Made by a program: the position numbers and the translations under genes. Shown here in pieces: positions 46,539 to 57,483 of a DNA stretch of 64,000 nucleotides (its first letter is position 1; each line of letters opens with the position of its first letter). The notes under the pieces were generated by a model. The model worked only from the letters and a program-made list of their open reading frames with translations, ran no database searches and had not been told where the DNA came from. The DNA comes from Jiulongibacter sp. Its GTDB lineage: Bacteria > Bacteroidota > Bacteroidia > Cytophagales > Spirosomataceae. The stretch is from positions 102,161 to 166,160 of the forward strand of contig OZ252236.1 in NCBI GenBank assembly GCA_965249455.1. Reading direction: 5' to 3'.

Positions 46539-49088
46539 TTAATTGGCACAGCCTCCGATCTCCGCCTCAAAAGTACTCCCATCTTTAGCCTCAAAACCTG
46601 GGTTAAAGGTTAAGGAATTACCTGCTTTATACTTTACCCTTGCCGGGTCAATAATTTTATTATTTGCCGTGAGGGTAGTGTTGGCGATTTGCAAGGCATT
46701 GAAACTTAAATCAGACGTAAGATTTAATGTAGGGAATGGTGTTGTGACAAATATTTCACCAGTGCCAACACGGTCGCGATTGTAAAAGTTAGCTACGCAG
46801 CCAAGGTAGTAATTGGTATTGGCAGCAGGTGTTACACTTAGAGTTGCACCCGTTCCAAGTTCGAGACCGCCCGTGGGGTCATCGTACCATGTAGGAACCC
46901 CAACAGGGCAATTACCAGTCAATTGAATTGGAGTTCCAGCACATATTTCTTTGGCACTTGCCCCTACGTTGGTGGGTGGGGGCGGAGTGGCAAAATTAAT
47001 AGTAGCAAAAATACTTGATCTGATTTCTGGCTCACATTCGGCAAATGCAACGAACTCAATGTTTTCATAAGACATTGGGCTATTGGCAAATCTGCGTGCC
47101 ACATTGACATCATAGACTGTGGTTTTGCACCCCCCATTAGGCGGTATTCCGGTTATTAAACCTAGTTTCGTAATATTATCACCAAAAGGCGAAGACCCGG
47201 TACTTGCAGAACTAGATATAAATACATCGTTCATAATGGACTCATTCACAAAACCCAAACTATAGTCTCTTGTCTCAACTGAATTATTACAAACCTTTAC
47301 TTTGAAGTTTCCCGCATTTCCCAATGAAATATTTGATACTGTAATATTTGGTAGTGCACTACCATTTATTTCCAATTTTGGCTTATCTCTTTGTACCCCA
47401 CCTTCATACGGACAGGAAGTTCTGGAAGCTGCGGAATCCAAGATGAAAATCGGAGTACCGTAAACCGGGTCTTCAACTATCCTGACATCAAAAAAGTCAC
47501 CTGAATCATCGTCATACCTTGTTACCGACACATCACTGACCTGCCCACCGGTTTTTGTTTGGGTTTGCCCAAAGGTTTTATTTGTGGTAAACTTGGCCCC
47601 TACCTTGAACCCTGAACCCCCAAAATAAACCCCTGTCTCAATACCAAATTGCGTGTCAACATAATGCTCAACTTCGATACTTTGAGAACTGTTATAGGCT
47701 ACGGAAGAATTGTAACCTTGACTGGATCCGCCACTAAAATTTATTGGGGTTCCTGTTTGCAGAGCAGCGGCAGCAATATTTGCATCGTTTTTATCCAAAA
47801 CCTGCCGCCAAACATTGATTTGATATTGGGCATTTGCCCTTTGCGGAACTGTATTGTTCACAGAGTCATTTACTATGGTCTGCTTCAATGCTATATCTTC
47901 TAAAATGCCCTGTTTTGTCAGAAAGAAGTCTTTCTTGGTTTCAAGCAAAGGTCTATAGACTATACCCGTATCTACACTTACTTGTCCGTTCTCAATACTG
48001 ACTCGTCGTGAAAACCCATAGGCTAAATCAATGCCATAGCCCACAAAAAGGTCATTGTTTTGGGCTCCTTTCCCATTGCTTAAAGCGGTCAAGCTCTCAC
48101 TGACGGTTACACAGTGTTCTTTTGAATTATATTTAGTCTCAAAGCTACCCTCTGTACCGCTGGCTGAGAATTCCACATAGGTCTCCAACTCTAAAGCGAC
48201 AATAAAACCTACTGAGCCTTTGTAGCCTAATTTGTACGCTCCGGCAAATTCTTTAGACTCGCTTACAGAAAGCTTTTCGTCAAAACTTCGGCACTGCGTA
48301 CCCGTATTTGTTATGGTGGTAGAACTATTATCACCAGGAGGATTGTGGATAATCATGGTAGGAATTTGGGGCTGCGTAGTTACACCAACCGAATCTATCT
48401 GAGCTACTGTAGGGCCTTCTACCACAAAAGGCAGAATAATAAAATTATTAAAACTATTTTGGTTATAGACGGTGTAACTTTTTTCCCTGAAACCGATTAC
48501 GATCCACCCCTGAGTGCGGCCTACCGGAAAGGTGTATGTGCCAGAAAACTTAATGCTTCTGGCAAGTCCATAATTTGGATCATAGAAGAAAACATAGTTC
48601 GTGTTTCTGGTGAGGTTAATATTCTGGTCATAGAGGTAGGGCTGTTCATTTTTGCCGATGGAGCTTTTGAATGTACCCGTGTACCAATCATAAGGCCCTC
48701 CCCAGTTATCATCCGTAAAGAATTCAAAAAAAACCTGATGTGTGGTAGGTATGTTATTTACATAATCATCAAAAATATGCTTGTGAACCACTTCCAGGTC
48801 AATAGTGAACGGAACCCCTGCCTGTGCTTTGAATAAGTTAGCTTCGGGAACGGTATTAAACGCCTGTTGAATGAGTGAACTGGCAGTATAAAAGTTATTG
48901 TGATTGACGATAAGACCTTGGTAGTTATTATTACCTCCTACACTGCCCCCGCTACTGGTAACTTTTATGTGGCCATTAACCCCATAGCTTCCTGCACTGG
49001 TACCAACGGTATTGGCTTGCCATTGGGCGTGACTTTGCAAGCAGAAAACATAACAAGCAATTAATAAGAATGTAAAATGTCTTTTCAT
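46539..49088 (-). CDS. large secreted protein of unknown function (849 aa) with Cys-bracketed Ig-like C-terminal modules
   Basis: It has a signal peptide (MKRHFTFLLIACYVFCLQSHAQ). The C-terminus is ...CAGTPIQLTGNCPVGVPTWYDD...YYLGCV...FNPGFEAKDGSTFEAEIGGCAN. Confidence 0.5.
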   Translation of the reverse strand: MKRHFTFLLIACYVFCLQSHAQWQANTVGTSAGSYGVNGHIKVTSSGGSVGGNNNYQGLIVNHNNFYTASSLIQQAFNTVPEANLFKAQAGVPFTIDLEVVHKHIFDDYVNNIPTTHQVFFEFFTDDNWGGPYDWYTGTFKSSIGKNEQPYLYDQNINLTRNTNYVFFYDPNYGLARSIKFSGTYTFPVGRTQGWIVIGFREKSYTVYNQNSFNNFIILPFVVEGPTVAQIDSVGVTTQPQIPTMIIHNPPGDNSSTTITNTGTQCRSFDEKLSVSESKEFAGAYKLGYKGSVGFIVALELETYVEFSASGTEGSFETKYNSKEHCVTVSESLTALSNGKGAQNNDLFVGYGIDLAYGFSRRVSIENGQVSVDTGIVYRPLLETKKDFFLTKQGILEDIALKQTIVNDSVNNTVPQRANAQYQINVWRQVLDKNDANIAAAALQTGTPINFSGGSSQGYNSSVAYNSSQSIEVEHYVDTQFGIETGVYFGGSGFKVGAKFTTNKTFGQTQTKTGGQVSDVSVTRYDDDSGDFFDVRIVEDPVYGTPIFILDSAASRTSCPYEGGVQRDKPKLEINGSALPNITVSNISLGNAGNFKVKVCNNSVETRDYSLGFVNESIMNDVFISSSASTGSSPFGDNITKLGLITGIPPNGGCKTTVYDVNVARRFANSPMSYENIEFVAFAECEPEIRSSIFATINFATPPPPTNVGASAKEICAGTPIQLTGNCPVGVPTWYDDPTGGLELGTGATLSVTPAANTNYYLGCVANFYNRDRVGTGEIFVTTPFPTLNLTSDLSFNALQIANTTLTANNKIIDPARVKYKAGNSLTFNPGFEAKDGSTFEAEIGGCAN

Positions 49089-49121
49089 ATTCGTAAGATT
49101 AAGAGGTTCCAATTGTTAAAA

Positions 49122-49454
49122 TCAAGCATTTACACAGGCCATAAATGCTGCTGCCCTCCGCCTGGAAAGGAATATATCTTTGCTGCTGTTTGATCTTGAA
49201 AATTGAGCCTTTGCTTTCTCTGGTGTGACTATCCTAAACCTGTTCAGATAATTTAAATTGATAATTACTGACCGATTAACTCTAAAAAAGCGAAATGGAG
49301 ATAACCTGTCTTCTAATACCCCCAAAGTAGTGGATGACAAGAGCTGGGAGCCGTCATCAAAATAAATCAGCGTGTAGTTTCCTTGAGCTTCGAGACGTGA
49401 GATTTCGTTAGGACTCACCATACAGCGAGAGCCCAGATGAATGACATTTTTCAT
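49122..49454 (-). CDS. stand-alone LytTR DNA-binding domain protein
   Basis: It is 110 aa with a LytTR core (FFRVNRSVIINLNYLNRF). Confidence 0.65.
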   Translation of the reverse strand: MKNVIHLGSRCMVSPNEISRLEAQGNYTLIYFDDGSQLLSSTTLGVLEDRLSPFRFFRVNRSVIINLNYLNRFRIVTPEKAKAQFSRSNSSKDIFLSRRRAAAFMACVNA

Positions 49455-49597
49455 GGTTTATATCGTTTAGATAGCATAATTTGTATCTAAACCTTCCAGA
49501 TGTCAATCAAAACTATCCCAAAGGGGCTTATTTTCTTCCGAAGATCGCTTTTCTTTTTCCCTGATTTTCTAAGTTTTTTGAGAATTAACCTTTTTTC

Positions 49598-50350
49598 TTA
49601 GACTCTTTGCAGACGTTTTAACAGGTCTTCTTTGGCCGAAGAGTTTATAGGAATTGGCTTAGAGGCTATATAAACATGGTGATCAGTCATTTCGTCGATG
49701 GCCTTTATATTAACCAGGTATGAACGGTGTATTCTCATGAAAAGAGATTTAGAAAGTTTGTCTTCCACGTTCTTAAGCGGAACAGAAAGGGTAAACTCGT
49801 CTTCTTTTGTGACTATTTGGCAGTAGCTTCTATCTGCCTCTAGATACAAAATATCACTCACAAAAATCTTGACCATTCTATTTTTGTGCTTCACAAATAT
49901 CCGATCGTTCAGGAAATCGGCTTGCGACTCGATTGCAACATTCGCATCCGATTCTTCAATTTCTCTTTCTTTAAGAATTTGCTCCACTGTCAGCTCCAGG
50001 GTTCTTTGAAGTTCTAGGGCTTGAACTGGCTTAGATAAAAAAGCAAAGGGGCGGGTAGTCTTGGCTTTATTGAAAGTGACCTCATCAGCATTAGCTGTTA
50101 GGTAAATAATCACACACTTTCTTCCAGATGCATTAATTGCTTCAGCTGTTTGTATACCGTCTATATCTCCCTTTAAATTGATATCAAGTAAGACTATATC
50201 GGGTGCGTTTTGTTCTATGTGCATTAAGGCCTCCTCTCCTCTGGGCACTAAGCCCGTCACTTCATAACCTAAATTTGTAAGCCTTAAAGAGATTTTGGCT
50301 GCAATAATCATCTCATCCTCAACTACTAATACTGTTATCGGATTTTTCAT
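49598..50350 (-). CDS. LytTR family response regulator
   Basis: It has a REC domain (LVVEDEMIIAAKI) and a LytTR domain (FMRIHRSYLVNIKAI). Confidence 0.8.
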   Translation of the reverse strand: MKNPITVLVVEDEMIIAAKISLRLTNLGYEVTGLVPRGEEALMHIEQNAPDIVLLDINLKGDIDGIQTAEAINASGRKCVIIYLTANADEVTFNKAKTTRPFAFLSKPVQALELQRTLELTVEQILKEREIEESDANVAIESQADFLNDRIFVKHKNRMVKIFVSDILYLEADRSYCQIVTKEDEFTLSVPLKNVEDKLSKSLFMRIHRSYLVNIKAIDEMTDHHVYIASKPIPINSSAKEDLLKRLQRV

Positions 50351-52347
50351 GCCAAACTACGCGTTTTGCTAAAAATTAAAATAGCCTTTGTACCGTTTTC
50401 ATTTTTATAAGAAATAGTACCATTAATCTGTTTTGTAAGTAGCTCAATTAACTTAGTACCAAAACCTGTTCCTTTTGCCAAACCATCTTCTTTCTTGCCA
50501 ATGCCGTCATCGGTGATATTCAATTCCAGACTATCTTCATTGAGCCCTCCTGACTTTAAATTTATTTCAATTTTACCACTTTCTCTACCTTCAAAAGCAT
50601 ATTTAAAAGCATTGGTAAGGAGCTCATTAGCAATCAGTCCCACAGAGATGGCCGTATCTATATCGAGCACCAGCTCGGGCATATTGCACTCTACCTTCAC
50701 TTTGCCATCCGGACTGAAAGAGTTACTGATATTCTCTCCTAAATTCAAGAAATAATCTCTCATTTCTATGGAAGTGAGGTGATCGCTCTGATACAATTTC
50801 TGGTGTATAATACCCATCGAATTCACCCTGTTTTGGCTCGATAGCATAGCGGCCTGAACCGAAGGATCTTCAATTTGGGAAGATTGTAATTCTAAAAGAC
50901 CCGAAACTATTTCCAGATTATTTTTGACACGATGATGAATTTCTTTGAGCAATAGCTCATTTTCTCTGTGACGTTTGTCTAACTGAATATTGGAGGCTTC
51001 CAGATCAATGTTTAACTTCTCTAGCTGTAAATTCTTTTTCTTGTTTTTGCGATAGGTATAAAACAAACCAGCAAGCAGCAAAAGCAATAATCCACCTATT
51101 ATGTAACTCAAAAGCTGAATCTTTTCCTGTTGTTTAATCAAATCTGTTTGAGAGGCAATAGTCTGGTCTTTTTGCTCAGATTCATACTTAATTCGCAGCT
51201 CGCTTCTTAAAGCTTCTGCTTCCTGCTGTAAGGCATTAATGGCAATATCTTTCCCTTCTGATAGGTACTTATAGGCCATTTCTGGCTGATTTATCTTTTT
51301 GTAAGACTCTGCCAGCCAAAGGTAATGATCTTTTAATTCGTCTGAATTATATACTTTTTTATCATAGAAATGCTCAACATAATCTTTTAAATAAGGTATG
51401 GCTTCGGCATATTTTTTTTGCAAAAAATAAATGCTTCCGATATCCCCTTTCCAGCCATTGGCGTTTTCATCACCATATTTTTCTTGCATTCCTTTCCATG
51501 AAAACCGGAAATCTCGAAGTGCGTCATCATAACGCCCTAATTTTCGATAAACTTTTCCTCTCCATGCTCTTACATTAATGGTTTCAGAGGATCTGTATTC
51601 TTCCGGTAATTCAGGAACTAAAGTCAGGGCCTTATTGACGGTTTCCAGGGCCTTCTCTGGCCGGCCTGTTTTTACATAAGTATCATTTAAACGAAGCATT
51701 GCCCGTATTAATGGATGCGTATTGCCTTCCTCCTTATAGGCGGCCACCACCATTTCACTGTATTTTAAGGCCGACTCATAATCTTTTGTACTTGAATACA
51801 GCCCTGCTAAAGAAGCGTGAATTGAATTAATTCCTTGTTGATATTTTATGGACTGGGCTATTTCTAAACCTTTAAAATATTCAACTTCAGCCTCGGCATA
51901 ACGCTGCATAAACTGTAAGTCAAAACCCACAGTTTTGTAAGCATCTGCTATAAGTTCTTTGTCGTCTGTTTGTAAAAAGTACTTCAGTGCTTCATTATCA
52001 TAGTAATAGATAGAGTCTTTGTTTTCAGATGTAATACTTAGGTAATGCCAATTAGCCAGCTGTTCATAGGTTTTTCCTAAAGCTAAAGCTTCTTTGGTAG
52101 CCCTGGCTCTGCTTAGTGTTTTCCATAAATCCTGTTTAATTCTGGCATCAGTTTCTCCATCCATCTTATTGATGGCTCTATCTATCTTTACTAAGACCGT
52201 ATCTAAAGGTAGCGTCTGAAGTGATTCTCCTTTAGATAAGCCATATACCTCCAGTTCCCTATTCTGTGCTTTTAGTTCGAGTGAACACAGAACTGATAAA
52301 AGAATAAGCAACGTTCTTTTACCTATCTTAATTGATTGACTTCTCAT
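50347..52347 (-). CDS. TPR-repeat sensor histidine kinase (HisKA_2-type H-box plus HATPase)
   Basis: It has a signal peptide, TPR repeats, one TM helix, an EIHHRVKNNLEIVSGLL H-box and a C-terminal ATPase. It overlaps the regulator gene by 4 nt. Confidence 0.75.
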   Translation of the reverse strand: MRSQSIKIGKRTLLILLSVLCSLELKAQNRELEVYGLSKGESLQTLPLDTVLVKIDRAINKMDGETDARIKQDLWKTLSRARATKEALALGKTYEQLANWHYLSITSENKDSIYYYDNEALKYFLQTDDKELIADAYKTVGFDLQFMQRYAEAEVEYFKGLEIAQSIKYQQGINSIHASLAGLYSSTKDYESALKYSEMVVAAYKEEGNTHPLIRAMLRLNDTYVKTGRPEKALETVNKALTLVPELPEEYRSSETINVRAWRGKVYRKLGRYDDALRDFRFSWKGMQEKYGDENANGWKGDIGSIYFLQKKYAEAIPYLKDYVEHFYDKKVYNSDELKDHYLWLAESYKKINQPEMAYKYLSEGKDIAINALQQEAEALRSELRIKYESEQKDQTIASQTDLIKQQEKIQLLSYIIGGLLLLLLAGLFYTYRKNKKKNLQLEKLNIDLEASNIQLDKRHRENELLLKEIHHRVKNNLEIVSGLLELQSSQIEDPSVQAAMLSSQNRVNSMGIIHQKLYQSDHLTSIEMRDYFLNLGENISNSFSPDGKVKVECNMPELVLDIDTAISVGLIANELLTNAFKYAFEGRESGKIEINLKSGGLNEDSLELNITDDGIGKKEDGLAKGTGFGTKLIELLTKQINGTISYKNENGTKAILIFSKTRSLA

Positions 52348-52682
52348 TGAAAAAACAGTGGCTTTAAAATAGTAAAAGCAATGTACCCCATTTTAATGAA
52401 GACAAAAAATTACTAATTAGTCTTACGACTAGCAGAAGTCAAGGTTTTACAGTGATTGGCTAGTTGTCTATGCTTTCAGAATAGCCACTTTAACCAAAGA
52501 AAAACGTAAAGCTGTGCTTTTGACAACCATAGGATGAAAGCAAAGAATATTGTTGTTTACATCTTAAAGACTACAATAAATTATCTCTCTGGTTTTGAGA
52601 ATTAATGTAGAGTATGTCAAAACTAAGCAGGCACTTATAAGTGTAACAGACGTTGTTATCTCTCCAAATTTATAGCAATGAA

Positions 52683-54104
52683 TTAATCATAGCTAAAATC
52701 GTCATCATTTAATTGATGCTCATCGTCAATTTTTACGGGTAATTTAGCACCGGAATCCTTCATCCACTTTAGAAGGTCTTTTAGCAGCTTATCTCTTATT
52801 TCTTTTTCAGTTATAGACAAATCCTTTCTTTCACCAATATCCTCCGAAAGATTGTAGAGCTCCACCCCTTCTTTCTTCCTCTTCCCTTTATTTAAAACCC
52901 ATTCCTCATGATGAAGAAGGATTTTCCAATCACCTTGTCTCATCAGCGTTACGGGTCTGCTTCTGAAATCCTGATCGCGGCCTCTGATGACCGGTCTGTC
53001 AAGATAGCCTGGAAAATGCCAGAATATGCCTTCTCTTTCTACAGAAGCTTGCTCTCCAAAAAGAACAGGCTTTATGCTGACTCCATCTAAATACGCATCT
53101 GGACTGGCTCCGGCTAAATCCACGAAAGTAGGATACAAATCCACATTTATGATGGGCATAGTGTTTATCCCGGGAGTTATTTTGCCCGGCATACAGGCAA
53201 TAAACGGTTCTCTGATGCCACCCTCATAATAGCTGCCCTTATTGCCTCTCAGGGGTTCTTGTGGAGATTCATTGGTAGCTCCATTATCCGAAGTAAAAAT
53301 GATGAGCGTATTTTCTTCAAGCCCCAGTTTTCGTAAATGATTTCTTACCAAAGCCACACTGGCATCCAAGTCAAAAGTGCAAGCAGCATAAAGTGCTTGT
53401 TTATCTGATAAACCTTTGTCCTTAAAATGTTCAAAACTGGAAGGACGAGCCTCTAAACTACTGTGAATAGCGTGGTGAGAAAGAAAAGCAAAGAATGGCT
53501 TCTGTTTGTTTTCTGTGATAAAATCGCATGCCGCATTCGTTAGAGAAAATATCCCTTTGGGATCTTCCGGCTCATCTCTTTTTTTGTTCGGGTTCCCTTG
53601 TCTTGAGTCAAAATAGGTGTCAAATCCTTGTGCCAGAGGCTTTGTTTCAGAAGTTTTACCCAGATGCCATTTCCCGAACAGGCCGGTACTGTAACCTTGA
53701 CTTTTCAATGCTTCTGCCACGGTGACAAACTTTCCCTCCAGGTGATTAGTGTTGGGAACAGGAACTACCTTCATTTTCGACTTGTCGCCTCGAGTGGTTC
53801 CCCAAACGGCATACACCCCGTGAGCCGGTGAGTACTTTCCACTTACCAGACAAGCCCTGCTCGGGGCACAGTTTCCTGCACTGGCATAGGCATTAGGAAA
53901 CACCAGACCTTCTTTTGCCAAAGCATCTATATTGGGTGTCTCAAATTCAGGGTGGCCATTATAAGCCACATCCATATAACCCAAATCATCGGCAAAAATT
54001 AAGACAATGTTTGGCTTCTGTGCTCGTAGATCTAAGGTGCTTAAAGCCACAAAAAATAAAGTCAGTATAACCTGATAGATGTTATCATTCGATTTCATAG
54101 TCAA
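52683..54104 (-). CDS. sulfatase
   Basis: It has the AGNCAPSRACLVSGK CxPxR motif and a signal peptide. Confidence 0.85.
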   Translation of the reverse strand: MTMKSNDNIYQVILTLFFVALSTLDLRAQKPNIVLIFADDLGYMDVAYNGHPEFETPNIDALAKEGLVFPNAYASAGNCAPSRACLVSGKYSPAHGVYAVWGTTRGDKSKMKVVPVPNTNHLEGKFVTVAEALKSQGYSTGLFGKWHLGKTSETKPLAQGFDTYFDSRQGNPNKKRDEPEDPKGIFSLTNAACDFITENKQKPFFAFLSHHAIHSSLEARPSSFEHFKDKGLSDKQALYAACTFDLDASVALVRNHLRKLGLEENTLIIFTSDNGATNESPQEPLRGNKGSYYEGGIREPFIACMPGKITPGINTMPIINVDLYPTFVDLAGASPDAYLDGVSIKPVLFGEQASVEREGIFWHFPGYLDRPVIRGRDQDFRSRPVTLMRQGDWKILLHHEEWVLNKGKRKKEGVELYNLSEDIGERKDLSITEKEIRDKLLKDLLKWMKDSGAKLPVKIDDEHQLNDDDFSYD

Positions 54105-54131
54105 ATAGGATTGGGTTTTAATACACTTGTC

Positions 54132-56006
54132 TTAAGGAATAGCCGCTGGCTGAAGGCCTTCCAGATAAAAAAGCATATTAGCTGAGAGCGAAAACTGTTC
54201 AAATGCCTTATCACTTTTTCTTATTTCATCTATTTCTTTGACAAAGTGTACTAAGTCAGCCCTGTTTTTTTGATAAAGTAGCATTTGTACAGCCATCCAA
54301 CTTAAAATGGGGTCATTACTTTCCAATACTTTTTTCAATGCCTTATGATCGCTGGTTTGTTCACTGACAATGGAGGCCAATACTACCTGAGCAGCATCCG
54401 GGTCTTGTTCCGCTAAATTTTTAATTGTGCCTAAATAGGGTTGAATGTTTTGAGTAGGCTGACATTTTAATCCGATAGCGGCCCAAAACCTGAGTACTTG
54501 ATTCTCAGATAGCAAGGCCTTTTTTTGTTTATTAATAGAGCCTTGTGAATCTTGACCTACTAAAAAAGCCATATCCACAATCTCTTTGACAGGGTATAAT
54601 TTGTTATCTAAGCGATAGTGATACATTGGGCCGGTTTTTGATATCCTGATCATTTCTGTTTCCGGCAAAAACATGACATCCCGTTCATTGATCAAATGCT
54701 CCTTTAATTTCTGACGGTACGTACTCAAGACCGCGTTATACTCTTTTGACAAAGCCAGATTATTGGTTTGCCATCGGTCATTTTTTATATCATAAAGGAA
54801 CTCAACAGGTCTTGGCTCCAGCATTTGAGACTCTACCGAGCTAAGCTTGCCCCCGGCATAATCCTTTCTAATGGTGGAAGTAATATCGCCCCTATCCATA
54901 TAAGAGAGGAAACGAAGCTCCTGAATGTAAGGTCTGAACACCCGGGTGTAAGCAAATTGATCGTCGATGACCGTACGCGTCATATCAAAGCTTTCATCTG
55001 AGCGATCTGAAGACAAAAAGAGGTTCTGATGTTCTGCTTTAAACAGGCTCTGCCCTTGAAAGTGTTCGGGTACGGGCACCTTAGCTATATCTAAAACCGT
55101 AGGTGGCAAATCACAAAAGTCCAGAAGTTGGGTATTCACAGTCCCATTTGTGACCGAAAACTCTTTCTGATACTTTTCAGGAACGTACATGATAAATGGA
55201 ACCTGATGTCCAAGTGCCACACCATTTGTTTTTGCACGGGGCATTCCTTCTCCATGATCTGCAAAACAAAACACAATTGTATTTTCCAGAAGTCCTTCAG
55301 ATTGTAGCCTGTCAAAAAGATTTCGCATTTCCATATCAGCCAAAGAAATGGAATTGTAGATTCTGGCGGTATGTTTTCTCATCGCCGGGCTGTCCTTATA
55401 AAATTCAGGTAACAGCACTTCATCTGCTGAGGTCTTCAACTCTTTTGGCAATTTGCTCAGAACCATTTGCTCGTATTCTTCATATGAGTTCGTCATGGTT
55501 CTGGACTGATGACTACTCATGAAATTAAATACAGCAAAAAACGGCTGTCCCTCTTCTCTGTTCCACCATCCAGCTTTGTTAGAACTCTCGTGCCATGCTT
55601 CTGCAATAAAGGCTTTAGTCTCTGCTACGTTATAGTCAGTTTTTGCATTATTCGTGCAGTAGTATCCAGCTTGTTTCAGATAATATGGAAAGCCCTTCAC
55701 AAACTCCGGTATGGGATAATTACTTCTGTGATTACCTGTACCTAAAGTGTAGGTTTTCATGCCCGTTATAAGAGCCGTTCTGCTTGGGGAGCATACGCTT
55801 CCGGTGGAAAACACCTGTGTAAATCTGGACCCGACCTTTGCCAGAGAGTCCATGAATGGAGTTTTGGCCGCCGTATTTCCATAACTTCCCAAAAATTGCG
55901 GAGAAGTATCTTCATACGTAAGCCAAAGAATATTGGGACGATCCTGAGCCTTTGCCCAGGAAGCACCCAATAAAATCCAGATTACGGCCAAACCTAGTTT
56001 CTTCAT
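54132..56006 (-). CDS. sulfatase with C-terminal extension
   Basis: It has the GSVCSPSRTALITG CxPxR motif. At 624 aa it has about 150 extra C-terminal residues. Confidence 0.8.
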   Translation of the reverse strand: MKKLGLAVIWILLGASWAKAQDRPNILWLTYEDTSPQFLGSYGNTAAKTPFMDSLAKVGSRFTQVFSTGSVCSPSRTALITGMKTYTLGTGNHRSNYPIPEFVKGFPYYLKQAGYYCTNNAKTDYNVAETKAFIAEAWHESSNKAGWWNREEGQPFFAVFNFMSSHQSRTMTNSYEEYEQMVLSKLPKELKTSADEVLLPEFYKDSPAMRKHTARIYNSISLADMEMRNLFDRLQSEGLLENTIVFCFADHGEGMPRAKTNGVALGHQVPFIMYVPEKYQKEFSVTNGTVNTQLLDFCDLPPTVLDIAKVPVPEHFQGQSLFKAEHQNLFLSSDRSDESFDMTRTVIDDQFAYTRVFRPYIQELRFLSYMDRGDITSTIRKDYAGGKLSSVESQMLEPRPVEFLYDIKNDRWQTNNLALSKEYNAVLSTYRQKLKEHLINERDVMFLPETEMIRISKTGPMYHYRLDNKLYPVKEIVDMAFLVGQDSQGSINKQKKALLSENQVLRFWAAIGLKCQPTQNIQPYLGTIKNLAEQDPDAAQVVLASIVSEQTSDHKALKKVLESNDPILSWMAVQMLLYQKNRADLVHFVKEIDEIRKSDKAFEQFSLSANMLFYLEGLQPAAIP

Positions 56007-57413
56007 TTACTTTTTGATTTTGATCAACTCATAATTCGGATCATCAGTACGAGCAGTACTTAGCAATCCTTCTAACTCTTTGAGCTTATCAGGGTATACT
56101 AAAGCCAAATCATTTTCTTCGCTTATATCTTCTTTCAAATTATACAATTCAATTGGCTGTTGGTAATATTTTACAATTTTCCAGTCGCCTTGTCTTAAGG
56201 CCTGGCGTGGACCTTTAGCCTCATTAAATTCCCAATACAAATACTTATGGCTTTGCTGCTTTCTCCCCTTTAAGGCATTAACATACGATAGGCCATTTAC
56301 TTCGGGATCTGTAGGTGTTAAGCCGGCAATTTCACAGGCTGTAGGAAGAAAATCCCAAAATGCCGAGATGTGATCTGTGGTACTGCCTGGTTTAATCTGA
56401 GAAGGCCATCTGGCCGCAAATGGCACATGAATTCCGCCCTCGTAAGTATCTCTTTTTCTTCCTTTGAATTTCCAGTTGCTATCAAAGAACCCGTTATCAT
56501 ACTCATGCCCATTGTCGCTGGTAAAAATGATCAGGGTATTGTCATCAATTCCCAGCCTTTTCAGCTTTTGCATAAGTAATCCAATATCTTTATCCATACG
56601 GGCTATCATACCTGCATAAGTGGTATTGCCTTCGGGATCATTGTAATAATGACCTTTTTTCATGGGTCTTTCTTCCCAACCCAGATTCAAAAAAGGTTCT
56701 TTAGAATCTTCAGGTACAGTTAACTCATAGTGAGGAATAGTAAATGCCAGATAAAGAAAGAATGGATTCCCTTCTGCGGCTTGGTTATCTACAAATTGTA
56801 GTGCCTCAGAGGCAATTAAGTCATGCGAAAACTGACCAGTGGTTTCCTCCGGAATATTGTTCTCCAGTTTTACCTCCTCTGTGTTTCTCCAAAGACGAAG
56901 AGGATAATAATGATGGGCAGCCCCATGTCTTCGATACCCAAAGAAATGGTCAAATCCCTGCTTATTGGCTTGAGCAGAAGTGCCGGCTTCATCCATACCC
57001 CACTTTCCGAAAATGGCTGTACTGTAACCAGCTCTCTTTAACTCCTCAGCCACAGTAACGTCCTCATCCAGCAAAACCACATCTTTACCGGAAGTAGTCC
57101 AGTTTGGGTTTCCTCTCACTCTTGTGTGTCCGGTATCTTTACCTGTAAGTAAACAAGATCTGGAGGGCCCGCAAACAGGCGAGCCAGAGTAGTGATTGGT
57201 AAAAACTATGCCCTCACGGGCTATTTTATCTATGTTAGGCGTTTTGATTTTCTCTTGACCATTAAACCCTACATCGCCATAGCCCAGATCATCGGCCATG
57301 ATATAAATGATGTTTGGTTTTGTCTTTGCCGAGCCTTTGTTGACCTGTTTAAGACAAGCACTGGCCGTGACTAATAATCCTGTGGCGAGTGTAAGTAGAC
57401 TTTTATAAAACAT
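56007..57413 (-). CDS. sulfatase
   Basis: It has the GSPVCGPSRSCLLTG CxPxR motif. Its stop abuts the start of the next sulfatase (TAA then ATG). Confidence 0.85.
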   Translation of the reverse strand: MFYKSLLTLATGLLVTASACLKQVNKGSAKTKPNIIYIMADDLGYGDVGFNGQEKIKTPNIDKIAREGIVFTNHYSGSPVCGPSRSCLLTGKDTGHTRVRGNPNWTTSGKDVVLLDEDVTVAEELKRAGYSTAIFGKWGMDEAGTSAQANKQGFDHFFGYRRHGAAHHYYPLRLWRNTEEVKLENNIPEETTGQFSHDLIASEALQFVDNQAAEGNPFFLYLAFTIPHYELTVPEDSKEPFLNLGWEERPMKKGHYYNDPEGNTTYAGMIARMDKDIGLLMQKLKRLGIDDNTLIIFTSDNGHEYDNGFFDSNWKFKGRKRDTYEGGIHVPFAARWPSQIKPGSTTDHISAFWDFLPTACEIAGLTPTDPEVNGLSYVNALKGRKQQSHKYLYWEFNEAKGPRQALRQGDWKIVKYYQQPIELYNLKEDISEENDLALVYPDKLKELEGLLSTARTDDPNYELIKIKK

Positions 57414-57483
57414 AGTTTCAGTTTATGAAATGAATAACAAAGCACAGGCTCAAAGAGCCTGCACTTTCGTCCCTTAACCCAGT

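Noticed and set aside
54132-57413. Possible single fused or duplicated sulfatase pseudogene.
   Set aside because: The two ORFs each have a complete signal peptide, CxPxR motif and full length. Adjacency of stop and start is normal translational coupling, not a frameshift.
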